A DNA stretch of 64,000 nt, taken from assembly GCF_001194135.2 (NCBI RefSeq), contig NC_068994.1:17786766-17850765 (forward strand), read 5' to 3'. A program made the position numbers and the translations under genes. Positions within the stretch are counted from its first letter, which is position 1. Each line of letters starts with the position of its first letter. Source of the DNA: Octopus bimaculoides (taxonomy: Eukaryota). Below are positions 24,625-35,900 of the stretch, one piece after another. The notes beneath the pieces are model-generated. The model had not been told where the DNA came from and did no database searches. It saw nothing but the letters and a program-made list of their open reading frames with translations.

Positions 24625-25863
24625 CTCTCAGCATTCAGATTCTCTGTGGAATGTAATGCTTATTTATCCACATTGTTTTGAATTAATCCTGCATTATCAG
24701 CATTTGAATATCTGCATTATCTCATAGCAATGAGATTTTACTCATGTGATTGAATGTCTGCATTATTTCATAGCTATGAAATTTTGCTTATGTGATTGTT
24801 TACTTTTAGATTAGCATTGTAGGGTAGGTGTGAAAGGTTGGATCTGGCCAGTTTTAGCATAAAACAAGCAGAATATTTTGGCAGGATATCATCATCATCA
24901 TCGTTTAAATGTCTGTTTTCCATGCTGGCATGGGTTGGACGGTTTGACCGAGGTCTGGAGAGCCAGCAGCTGCACCAAGTTCCAATCTGATCTGGCAATG
25001 TTTCTACAGCTGGATGCCTTTCGTAATGCCAACCACTCTGAGAGTGTAGTGGGTGCCTTTTACGTGCCACCGGCACAGGAGCCAGTCAAGTGGCCCTGGC
25101 ATTGATCACATCTGGATAGTGCATTTTACTTGCCACCGGCACTGGCATTGACCACGTACAGATGGTGCCTTTTACGTGCCACTGGCACGGGAGCCAGTCA
25201 GATGGACCTGACATCGATCACGTTTGGCTGGTGCTTTTTACGTGCTACAGCTATGAATTTGGTTTTACTTGACTCAACAGGTCTTCTCAAGCATATCATA
25301 TTGCCTGACGCATCAAGGGTACTTTTTAAATGGGCTTGACATGCAACACTGGCATCGGCCATGACTGTGATCTCACTTCAGTTGCCAGATCTTCTCAATC
25401 ACAGCATATCTCCAAAGGTCTCGGTCTCCTGTCATTGCCTCTGTGAGGCCCAACATTTGAAGGTCATGCTTCACCACTTCATCCCATGTCTTTCTGGGTC
25501 TACCTCTTCCACAGTTAGGGTGTGACACCTTCTCACACAGCTGTCCTCATCCATATGTAACACATGACCATACCAATGCAGTTGTCTCTCTTGCACACTA
25601 CATTTGATGTTTCTAATGTCCAACTTTTCTCTCAGGGCGCGCACACTCTGTCGTGTATGCACACTGACATTACACATCTGACAGATCATACTAGCTTCAT
25701 TCATTTCAAGCCTACACATGTCCTCAGCAGTCATGGCCCATGTTTCACTGCCGTGGAGCATGGTAGTTCGTACACATGCATCATACAGTCTATCTTTCAT
25801 CCTGAGTGAGAGGCCCTTAGGTGCCAGCAGAGGCCAGATATGGCCAGTCTAAATGCTAGAGGG
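24625..25863 (+). mobile_element. piggyBac MITE family 1 split by a minus-strand RTE LINE 3' fragment (~24888-25830)
   Basis: MITE body stops at ...ttttggcaggat and resumes as aggccagatatggccag...GGG. The insert encodes the RTE C-terminus (MLHGSETW..., QLHWYGHVLHM) and ends in (CAT)n. Confidence 0.8.
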
Positions 25864-25939
25864 TTAGAGGTGATTTTGCTACTATTTCTAACATGTTGAC
25901 TGACTATGTAAATTACTACTAAGGGCTACTTTTATTTAA

Positions 25940-26154
25940 TCCTTTAGCTTTTAAAGTAGCCATACCAGGCCAAAATATTCTACCTGTTTTATGTTCAAAC
26001 CTGCCAGATCTAGCCTCTCACACCCACCCTGCAAAGTCATTCTAAAAATCAACGATGACGTCAAAATTTCAAAGCTACAAGAGAATGCATGGTTAATTTT
26101 TAAAAATGTGAATAAATAAGCATTAAATTTGACAGAGTAATCTGAAAGCTAGAG
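25940..26154 (-). mobile_element. piggyBac-type MITE family 1, inverted relative to the adjacent copy
   Basis: Reverse complement of 12876-13094; TTAA at 25936-25939. Confidence 0.7.
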
Positions 26155-27943
26155 TCAAATGAATTTTCTCACTGCTCTACCACCAGACTTTAGAAAAGTT
26201 GAACTATTCAATAAATCAATTCTATTAACTAAAGAAAACTCATTTTCTCACTTGGAAGGTATCTTTAACTGATTAACACTATGCAACAAAATTTTAATTT
26301 TTTTTGTCTTTGGCCAGCAAGTGCTATTTCCTATTTGGCTTCTACCTAGAAACCAAAGAAAATGACTGCTATTCCCTACAAACCTTGCTCTAGTGACCTG
26401 AACATCAATGTTTTGAAACTGATCTATTTTCCATTACATTTCAGACAGATTCAGTGCTGAGTTGCTGAAGCAGAAATATCGTTATAACAATTCTATTGGT
26501 ATTCTACTCAATACCACAGATTTGCTTGTCAGTTGCTTGACCGTAACCACTTGAGCATATCCCTTAGTTACTGACAATATGTGCATTTCTGATCAGGATC
26601 AGTGGGGGAGCATCACAGCCATGTGTTGAGAGGGATTCTTTGGAGTATGAATAAATGTAAGAAAAGCAAAGTTTTGAAGGAAATATTAGCCATTTTACAT
26701 AGTTTCTAGGGGTAAGCAAATAGGAAATAACAGTTGCCTAGGACAAAAATCGTATTAACAGTGTAATTGTATGTAACTAGTGGTCAGGGTGTTGCACTCA
26801 TGATCATGGTTCAATACCTGGACCAGGCAGTGCATTGTGTTCTTGAGCAAAACACTTCATCTCACATTGCTCATATGCAGCACAAGCATTTGAATTACTA
26901 TACACAAATCATCTGTGCAGGTTCAGTAACTTCTGACTGAAGTTGCACAACTATCTTTCTCAAGTTTGAGAGACTATCATTAAATCCATAAAGTTATAAC
27001 TGGATATCAGATATTGTCTTTATGGACCCTAAAGAGGGTCTGCAGATTGTGAATTGGAAGCAACTGATGTATAGCCTCCTTCATTGATTTCTTGATAGAT
27101 TGTGTTTGCCAGTGAGATAACATTATACAAGCATACTGAAGTGTTTAAATCTTAGAGTTGGCAGAAAATATGTAACACAAAAAAGGTTCAGCTTACAGGT
27201 CCTTTATCTGAACACAAGGAAAAGCAATGAAAATAAGGTTATTCAATACTTTGGATTTATTTTTTGTAAGCCTGGTACTTATTCTATCAGTTTCTTATGC
27301 CAAAAAGCTAAGTTACAGGGATGTAAACACACCAACATCAGTTGTCAAGTGATGGGGGAAGGAACAAACACAAAGACACACACATAAACATATACATATA
27401 TAATGACAGGCTTCTTTCAGTTTCTGTCTACCAAATCCACTCACAAAACTTTGGTCGACCCGAGACTATCGTAGACGACACTTGCCCAAGGTGCCACACA
27501 GCCACGCCTACCCAACCATAATTTTAAAAGGCTTTAATTTAGATCGTTTTAAACATGAAGTTTGTATCATAGAAGCAGAGGTGGTTTTGAGTGGGTTGGT
27601 ATCAAAAAGGTTAAATAAGAATGTAGAAAGTGTACAATAAGTGTACATTTGGAGAGGTAGGATGCTGACATACCCCATGAAACCTAATTGCAGTTAAAGG
27701 ATAGCATGGAAGAGAATTAACTGGAACTTTTTCTAGAAAAAGAGTAAAAGAGAATTCACAGAACCAACTCTAAACACAATAGGCTATTTCTTTATGATAA
27801 AAGCAATAGGAAACCACAAATCAAATCTTAAGATATTTCTGTAAATGTATGTATATATATTGTATGTTGTGAGGATTCCTGTCATGACTGCAAGAGATGG
27901 GGAGTTCATGTTTCACAGGTAGTCATCGATTTTCTATTCAAGC

Positions 27944-28270
27944 CAAGTGCAGCTGTGAGGTAAGAAGCTTGCTTCCCAACCACATGATTCTGGTTCAGTC
28001 CCACTGCATGGCATTTTGAGCAAGTATTTTCTACTATAGCCTTGGGCCAACCCAAACCTTGTGAGTGAATATGGTGTGTGTATGCATACATATGTGTGTG
28101 TCTGTCCTCCACTACACAGCTTGCCAATCGGTGTTGGTGTGTTTACGCCCCCATAACAACTTAGTGGTTCGGTGCCAAGCTTAATAACAAAAAAAAGTAC
28201 TGGGGTCGATTCATTCAACTAAAAGTGGTGCTCCAGTATGGCCACAGTCTAATGACTGCAACAAGTAAAA
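27944..28270 (+). mobile_element. SINE family A, diverged and CpG-decayed
   Basis: Collinear with 16746-17152; another diverged copy is on the minus strand at ~27276-27502. Confidence 0.75.
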
Positions 28271-28855
28271 GATGGATGGATCTCTATTGATTTCAATGCT
28301 GAGAATTCAGTTATTCAATCAAGTGGATTTTCTGCTCAAAGAATCAGTAAGTGGTTGAGCACTCCACAGACAAGTGTACCCTTAATGTAATTCTCATGCA
28401 GAATCAGAGTGACACATTTGACAAGGTTGTACCTTTGAATTACAGGTACAATTCATTGGATGACTTTCTTTCCAGTTTCCATCTCTCCATTTTCATTCAT
28501 AAGATATAATTGGTCAACCCAAAGCTATAGAAAATGGCAACTGCTTAAGATGCCACATAGTGATTGCAAAACAAACTTCTTGACCATTCAACCATACTGC
28601 ACCTAAATACAAACATACACACACTCACACATAGGCATATAGATATTTCTGTATAGAAAAGTTTCTCCTCCTGTGTCAAATTTAAAGCAAAAACCTATAA
28701 GATTCTGTGTTGAGAAACAAAACAAAATAAAAGTCATCTAAATCAAAAACTTCACCAACACATTCCTTCCCGCTTTTTCATTCTCTTGCATTTGTGAAGA
28801 GAGTAAGAACCTACAATGAAATGTTTATTTTCGTTTGTTGATGATAATATTATGA

Positions 28856-28897
<42 letters not shown>

Positions 28898-30576
28898 ATA
28901 TGGTAGAGCAGAAAACAATGAGTAGTGGATGTTGAGGCAACAGAAAACTGGACTAAATGCATTACACAGTTTAGTGGTTATTTCTTATGTTTTGAGTTCA
29001 AATTCCTGGGGAAACAATTTTTGCCTTTCACCTCTACAAGGTTAAGAAAATAAGCATGAGTCATGTACAGGGATTGGTTCACTAGACTACACAGTTCCCC
29101 TGCAAATTTCTGGCCTTGTGCCAATGTAAGAAATCAATATTCTGAAGAGATATCCAATATTAACATAAATCAATAAATATGCTAAAATAATGCCAAATAG
29201 GATTTGGCATGGTACCAAATTTCTCTCATGCTGGCAGAACCCCAAATTTTCTCTGCAGCAAACTCATATGAATTAAGGCTGGGTTCATTCTCTGTTATTT
29301 CATATTGACAAAAGGATTTAGTTAAAATAGTGATATGTAGTAGTCAGACTAAGTGCTTTCAACAACTCAAGACTGCAAAAGGATTGACTCACTGTAAATA
29401 GCATTTATGGTTAGAACAGTTAAATGTAAATAATCATTACACAGCAACCAGCAACTGTGGTCTATCAAAGGGTTACTTTATATTAATATTGAGTATAGTT
29501 AGGTGTACTTTTTGAAAAGTATAATGAAAAACATACACACACATACATCTTACACCTTTTCCTTTTTACTACAACCTGTTTATAACTTATAAAATTCCCC
29601 AAGTTAGAGCCTGCCATTCTGCATTTTTAAAAATTCTATTTTAATGATTTGGTCTGTGTTATATATGGTGTGTGTACACTCACACACACACACACACATT
29701 CTCTGGCTTCAGTCATTGGATTGTCGCCAGGCTTGACCACCACTTCAAGGATTTAGTCAATATTATGAATTCCAATACTTATTTTTATCTCTATTTATTG
29801 AACCATAAGTTACAGGACATAAATACTGACAATGAGCTCCAGTACAATTTCTATCCATCAGATTTCACTCAAGAGGTGGTTTTAATCAACCAAAAATTGC
29901 ATGACAAGACACTTGATGCCCGAAAGTGACACACAGTGTGACTGTGCCTAAAAACATGATTCTGTAAAAATATTATAAGCACAAATAAACGAAACGTGTG
30001 TGTGTGTGTATGTAGGCACATGTGTGTCTGTAAATACTTGAATGTAAACACTAATAGAGTATTCAATAGTGAAAGTAGAGTGGTAAAAAATTTTTTCAAT
30101 TAAAAGCTGAAATTTTCAAGTGTCATTTTTCATGTATAACATATATTATACACACACACACATATATATATACATATTATATATTATACACATACACACA
30201 GATACCTATATATAAACACACAGACACACCATATACATATATTTACAAACAACATACATGCGCTCATGTGTAAAACTGGAATCAAATGAGTAGAGTCAAT
30301 TCTGTAATGGCTAAGAAACTTTAGAGCATTTATTCCAGCGTTCAAATCCTGCCAAGGTCAACTTTGCTTTTCATTCTTTCAGAGTCAATAAATAAAAGTA
30401 CCAGTCTAAGGTGATGATTAAATACAGCATAGGACAAGACGCTTTTGGTGCAGCTGCTTTTGCCTCTGTGCGTTCTGAACTCAAATAGTGCCACCTGTAA
30501 CCCAGGCTAAAAAATATACTAGTGTACTTACTTAAGTACACTAGTACCTAAGTATTTTAGCCGATTTCTTATATAC

Positions 30577-30642
30577 CAGGTGACATGAAAGAATGCAGAG
30601 GGCCTTTCGAGCCCTGTGCATTCGACGAACAACAAACAGCAT
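30577..30642 (-). CDS. FH: Candidate FH exon 1 encoding a mitochondrial-presequence-like peptide MLFVVRRMHRARKALCILSCHL
   Basis: Arg/Lys-rich with no acidic residues; phase-0 donor CTG|GTATAT fits exon 2; lies where CpG-poor sequence turns CpG-rich. No homology support, and it overlaps a hairpin, so tentative. Confidence 0.4.
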
Positions 30643-32197
30643 CACGCGCGCACTTTCTTTTTTATATATATACTATTATTTTTAACTAGCAGAAAGTTAC
30701 AAAAATGACTCAAAGCCTTGTAGTTTTATGATAATTAAAATGTACATATTTGCAAGTATTGAGTTCTATTTCTCCTGTTTGTTGTACCAAACTTGTGTGT
30801 GTGTGCGTATTTTTAAAGCAGCGGTGTTGTTAAGGAATATATACATGCGCGCGCGTGTATAGGAATGGTTTTGACTGGGAGAAGAAACCTGCGTCTGAAG
30901 TTTCATGTATTTCTAGGAATAGACCTATGCAAATCCCTGTTACAGGAATTGTTGGTTCTATCATTGTTTAGTGCTAGTATAAAAAAGTTTTTGATGCCCA
31001 AACAAATCTCGGATAAGAGTCATTCAGTCGGGAACCAAGACATGCTAAATCTAATAAATCTATAATAGCACAGTCTGATTTAGCAAACGTTTAGCTTCAA
31101 ATCAACCCTGATGAAGCAGGCAGATTTATAATTAAAATCATTCCAGCCGTAATTATTTTTATCCAACATATTTTTCAGACAGAGTGCACACAGGATCATA
31201 TTATTCCACCATTTTTAAAAAAATTTTTTGGTGTTACGGTGCGATTCGAGGGCGAAATGGTTGCTATTTCTAGCAGTTTGGGCGACTGCATAGGGCCTTC
31301 CTCACTGGCTCGATTTTGCATGCTACATGTAAAGATGACTCCACTGGCCTCGTGAAGGAAGGTAGTACTTGGAGAAAACATATCTGAGTTCCAAAGAGTT
31401 TGTTATTATTCAGGAAAATTCATTCAACAATGTTGATAATTGGATCAGATATCTGCTTTAAAATAATTTTAACTACCGACAGAAAATGTAAGCGGTTCTA
31501 TATAGGAAGAGAATATGTACATGTTTTTAAGAGCATTANNNNNNNNNNNNNNNNNNNNNNNNNNNNNNNNNNNNNNNNNNNNNNNNNNNNNNNNNNNNNN
31601 NNNNNNNNNNNNNNNNNNNNNNNNNNNNGTATATGTTATATATACATATATATATATATATCCACACACACGTAAATTACATTTAAAATACAAAGCAGCT
31701 TTCTTCATTATAAGGATATCCGTACTTCCATTTGAATATTTTAACTAAATGAAAAGAAAAAAAATCCAGAAAAAAAGTTTATAAACCCGGTCAAAATTGT
31801 TTGCCCGCAAATACAAACGTTTATCACCATTATTTAATCACCCAGTGTTCATGTTTAACTAACTGAACCGATGTCGACTCAAAAAGCAGACGAAATGAGG
31901 GTAGTTGTGGAAATCAATGAAAAAAAAAAAAAAAAAACAGATAAAGGTCTGATAAGCTGTGTTTACTTTTCGATTTTCCGATAAGGACACATTTTAGACA
32001 ATTCGTATTAATTGCTACACTATAAATATTCTGTAATTCTAATCGATAAAACATTCGGTTTTGTTACTAAATAAAACTGAGAAATTAAATTAGTCATATT
32101 TTTTAATCAGTTTTTTTAAAAAATTTTATTTGTTTATTTTTGTAGTTTGGTCTGGAGGAAGTTGTTGTCGTGCCCCATGACCTTCGCAGGCCCCTCC

Positions 32198-32229
<32 letters not shown>

Positions 32230-32577
32230 CAAGTATATATAAAAGTATATATATATATATATATATAATTTTTTTAAAATGAGTGGGTGTGTTGTAAAAA
32301 CGAAAGTACATGTAAACTAAGAGGACACCATACACAAACACATGTATCAGATAAGCACATGAGACTATTAATGTTTACTTTTGACGTTCGTAATTTGAAA
32401 AACGTCGTGGTTCATAAATACACGCATCTACCTTACCGGTTCATTATAAAGAAATTATTATACTCCAATATAAATTACTCGTGTCATTTATCATTATACT
32501 AACAGTAATAATCATTATTACTATATATATATATATATATTTTTTTTTCTTTTTTGTCTGGAAGTAAAGATGAATGT

Positions 32578-32835
32578 TTAAAAAGAAATAAAGAAAATAT
32601 ATACCAGAAGAACTAAATTTCGATCCCGTATCCTTCGTCGAAATCCGGCATTCATCTTACGATTTTGAACCGTGTCCGAAATCAAAGCTTCTTGAGATTT
32701 CCAGCGCCGAATATTTTTCCTATGTACACCACATTCCCTAGCAGTTTTAGCTACGTTTCCATTGTTTTCACGAAGCATTTTAAGGACACTGTTTTTAAAC
32801 ATCAACGGATAGCTTTTTCGTTTATCGTCAGCCAT
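32578..32835 (-). CDS. Intact short ORF encoding a Brinker/pogo-type helix-turn-helix DNA-binding domain (MADDKRKSYPLMFKNSVLKMLRENNGNVAKTARECGVHRKNIRRWKSQEALISDTVQN...)
   Basis: Pattern RKSY...FK..VL......N...TAR..GVHRKNIRRW resembles the Drosophila Brinker and POGK N-terminal DBD. No stop or frameshift. 85 aa if unspliced; possible phase-0 donor CTG|GTATAT after 32605. Confidence 0.75.
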   Translation of the reverse strand: MADDKRKSYPLMFKNSVLKMLRENNGNVAKTARECGVHRKNIRRWKSQEALISDTVQNRKMNAGFRRRIRDRNLVLLVYIFFISF

Positions 32836-32969
32836 GTTGAATAAATAAACAAATATATATATATATGTAGATACATACAAACATACACACACGCAGACGT
32901 ATATTAAATATATGTGTTTATGTTTGTGTCTCTACTGTGTATGCGTTAAACACAATATCGATCTCTCAG

Positions 32970-32978
32970 CTGATTGGC
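32970..32978 (-). promoter_or_regulatory. CCAAT box (GCCAATCAG) ~135 bp upstream of the Brinker-domain ATG
   Basis: Plus-strand CTGATTGGC is a good NF-Y consensus match, in CpG-rich sequence. Confidence 0.45.
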
Positions 32979-35900
32979 CGCTTAAAAGAAAGATTTCAAA
33001 TAGATTTATAGCAGAAAATAATCTTTACATTCAGAAATAGAAGTGTGGAGTTTATATTTTTTTCGTGTACAGAACAGTGAAAAACAAAGGAAAATAAACT
33101 GTTTAGTACTAATCACGATTACATAGTAGAAACAAGTTCGTGTCCAGCTTTCCACTTTAATTACATCGCTAATGCCCTTGAGAAAAGCATGACCGTCTTG
33201 CTAGCTTATTACCCGCACCTCTCTCTCGGGACTGTATCTGTTTGAGAAAACATTAAGACGAACAAAACATTCGTGCAATAGCTTCAGTGGTGAAAAAAAA
33301 ATTAAGACAATAAATTGTTTTCATCAAATAAGATATTCTTAATATGCATTTCTGATCTTCACATGGACGAGTCAAAAGGGTAGACATGGCCGAGCGCTCG
33401 GCTAAAATACCTTGTAGTATTTAGTTTCGACCCTTTACGTTCTGAATTCAAATCATTCAGGACATGACTGACTTTAATTCCCCTGTAGCAAATAAATAGC
33501 TTTACTGAGAATCGATTGAAGCGACTTTAAGCAATCCTTCTCTACCATCTCTGGCCTTGTGATAATGTTAGACATCACATATGACAAGTGTCGTTGCAGA
33601 GCGAGTTTTAAAAATCAGTCGCAGACCCGGTTTGGATTCTCAGATGACGTGACATAAGTAAAGTTCGCTTCAGTTGGTCCGTTTCGGGTGCTACTCACAC
33701 CTCCAAGTCTTAATGTTGGAGGGTGGTAAGTGTAGTTGAAACAGTGAAGTACCGTACTTCAGTTCAAATGCTGCTAAGACAAGGATCAAGAAAACAAGCA
33801 CATATAATAATAATAATATACTAGAGTAAATTAAATGACCAACTCTCTCCCTCTCTCTCTTACAAAGGTTAGCTTTGCGACCCAGTCCAAATGTATGTTT
33901 CATTCACCCAGGTCGGGCAACTTGCCCGGACCAATGTTAACTCTACCATGCCAAACGTCTCGATCGAGCCATGAAGCATGAATGTCTGCCTATCTAACTT
34001 CGGTTTCAGACACACTGGTCTTTCGCTAGCAGAAACATCTTATTTCCTCATGACACGACTATACATGCAAGCTGTAGTTCGCTAACTGAAATGGTTGATC
34101 CTGACTGTTGACAGTTTGTAGCCTGTTCATCCACTTAGTAATGTAGATAATATTCGCCATTGACACAACAAGTTCATTTGCCGAAATAGATAACAACCAC
34201 CTGGTAGTTTACGTGTTATATTTAACCCATAGCCAGGACTCTGGCAGGTGCTTCTAATCTGGGTCGGAATAGACCTGTGAATAATAGTGGCTCCACACGC
34301 CTCAAAACCCTGCAACTCCCGAACCAGGATCCCATTACTAGATACAGTTTAATGTCATCCCCATAACTTCTAAATTTGACAAAAAACATCGGTATCAATA
34401 ATCGGCCCATGAAATAATACGTATTAGGATATGAGGACTAAAGATGTATTACATAAGGAGGTTGTTCGAGGCCTTACTTTCTGAGTTCAAATCTTCACTA
34501 TGGCTAATGGTATAAGTGCCAATAACATATTGCTGTCGGTAATATTCCATTCTTCTACATAATAAATGAGTCTTGTGATACGGCAAAATAAGTTTTGTAA
34601 GGTCACCGATATTTATAAGGTGTAATAACAGACTAGATAAAGACATTTTTTTTTAAATGGAAAAAAAAAATACCTAAATAGGCAGTGGCAAATTAACCTC
34701 GCTTATGATTTTGGAATTCTCACATTTAAGGCAATCCCAAACCGAACATTAAAGGATTTCTGCGGCTATACACATACACAGCTGAAAATGAGTTCCAACC
34801 AAGTGCTGGTACATCTTTCCAATCACTAGCTGTCACATCCACGATGCTACGTCGGGTTAAGAGACTGAGGTCCGAGAAGGTGTATGTGTGACATGTAAAA
34901 AGGATCTCCGTCGCTTAACTAAGTGCTCACTGAATTAGATTCAAAGTGACTGAGTATTATTCAACAGACACGTGTAACTCAATGCAATCTTTAAGCAGAA
35001 CCAGCTTCACACAGTGTATGATAAAGCTGGACTCTTAAATTGCATGTGCAATCCATCTGGTAGGTCCTGCACAGTTTTTACCTGTATTCACTGTCATTTA
35101 CAAAGCTTGGTTCGATCCAAAGCTATGATGAAAGCGAACCTCTGAATCTTTTGAGCACCTACGTGCGTGCGTGCCTGCGCGCATATGTATGTATGTATGT
35201 ATGTATGCATGCATGTATGTATGCGCGTGTCGCATATATGTTAAAATAGTTATTTAAAAACGCTTTTAAGATCAACAACTGAACTTACGGTGTGATTCTT
35301 AAATGAGAGTTGAGCTAAATTTATTGTGAGGATCTGGGACTTCAAGTTATGCATATTGGTTTGTTCAACTAGTGGTTGAAGGAGCCGGTAGGCGAAACAG
35401 GAAGTGCCAGTCCCACTGCGTGATATCTTGGGCAAGTGTCTTCTATTATAGCCAGTGTTGATTTGTTGACATCCCCGTAACTAAACGGTTCGACAAGAAG
35501 TAACCAACAGAATAAGTACCAGGTTTTAAAAAAAGGTACTGGAGTCGATGTGTTCGACTAAACCCTTCAAGGCAGTGCCCCAGCATGGCCGCAGTCCAAT
35601 GACTGAAATATGTAAAAGATAAAAGATATGTGTGTGTACACATACATACACAACCACATATTTAACGGCGAATGTTTATATATGTTGGTTTCTTGAGTTA
35701 ATACCATTACGTGTCGTGGATAAGGCGGCGAGCAGGCAGAATCGTCAACACGNNNNNNNNNNNNNNNNNNNNNNNNNNNNNNNNNNNNNNNNNNNNNNNN
35801 NNNNNNNNNNNNNNNNNNNNNNNNNNNNNNNNNNNNNNNNNNNNNNNNNNNNNNNNNNNNNNNNNNNNNNNNNNNNNNNNNNNNNNNNNNNNNNNNNNNN

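Noticed and set aside
31100-31155. CCCTGATGAAGC... hammerhead-like start
   Set aside because: Helix II is imperfect and is followed by CGTAA rather than CGAAA; at best a heavily decayed remnant.
31196-31381. Minus-strand ORF between the HTH ORF and FH, considered as an exon
   Set aside because: Overlaps a repeat also present at ~21290-21400 (ctgctagaaata.cagc).
33947-33979. MLHGSIETFGM|GTAGAG as FH exon 1 ending in Met
   Set aside because: Weak donor, not presequence-like, and upstream of the HTH ORF; no other support.
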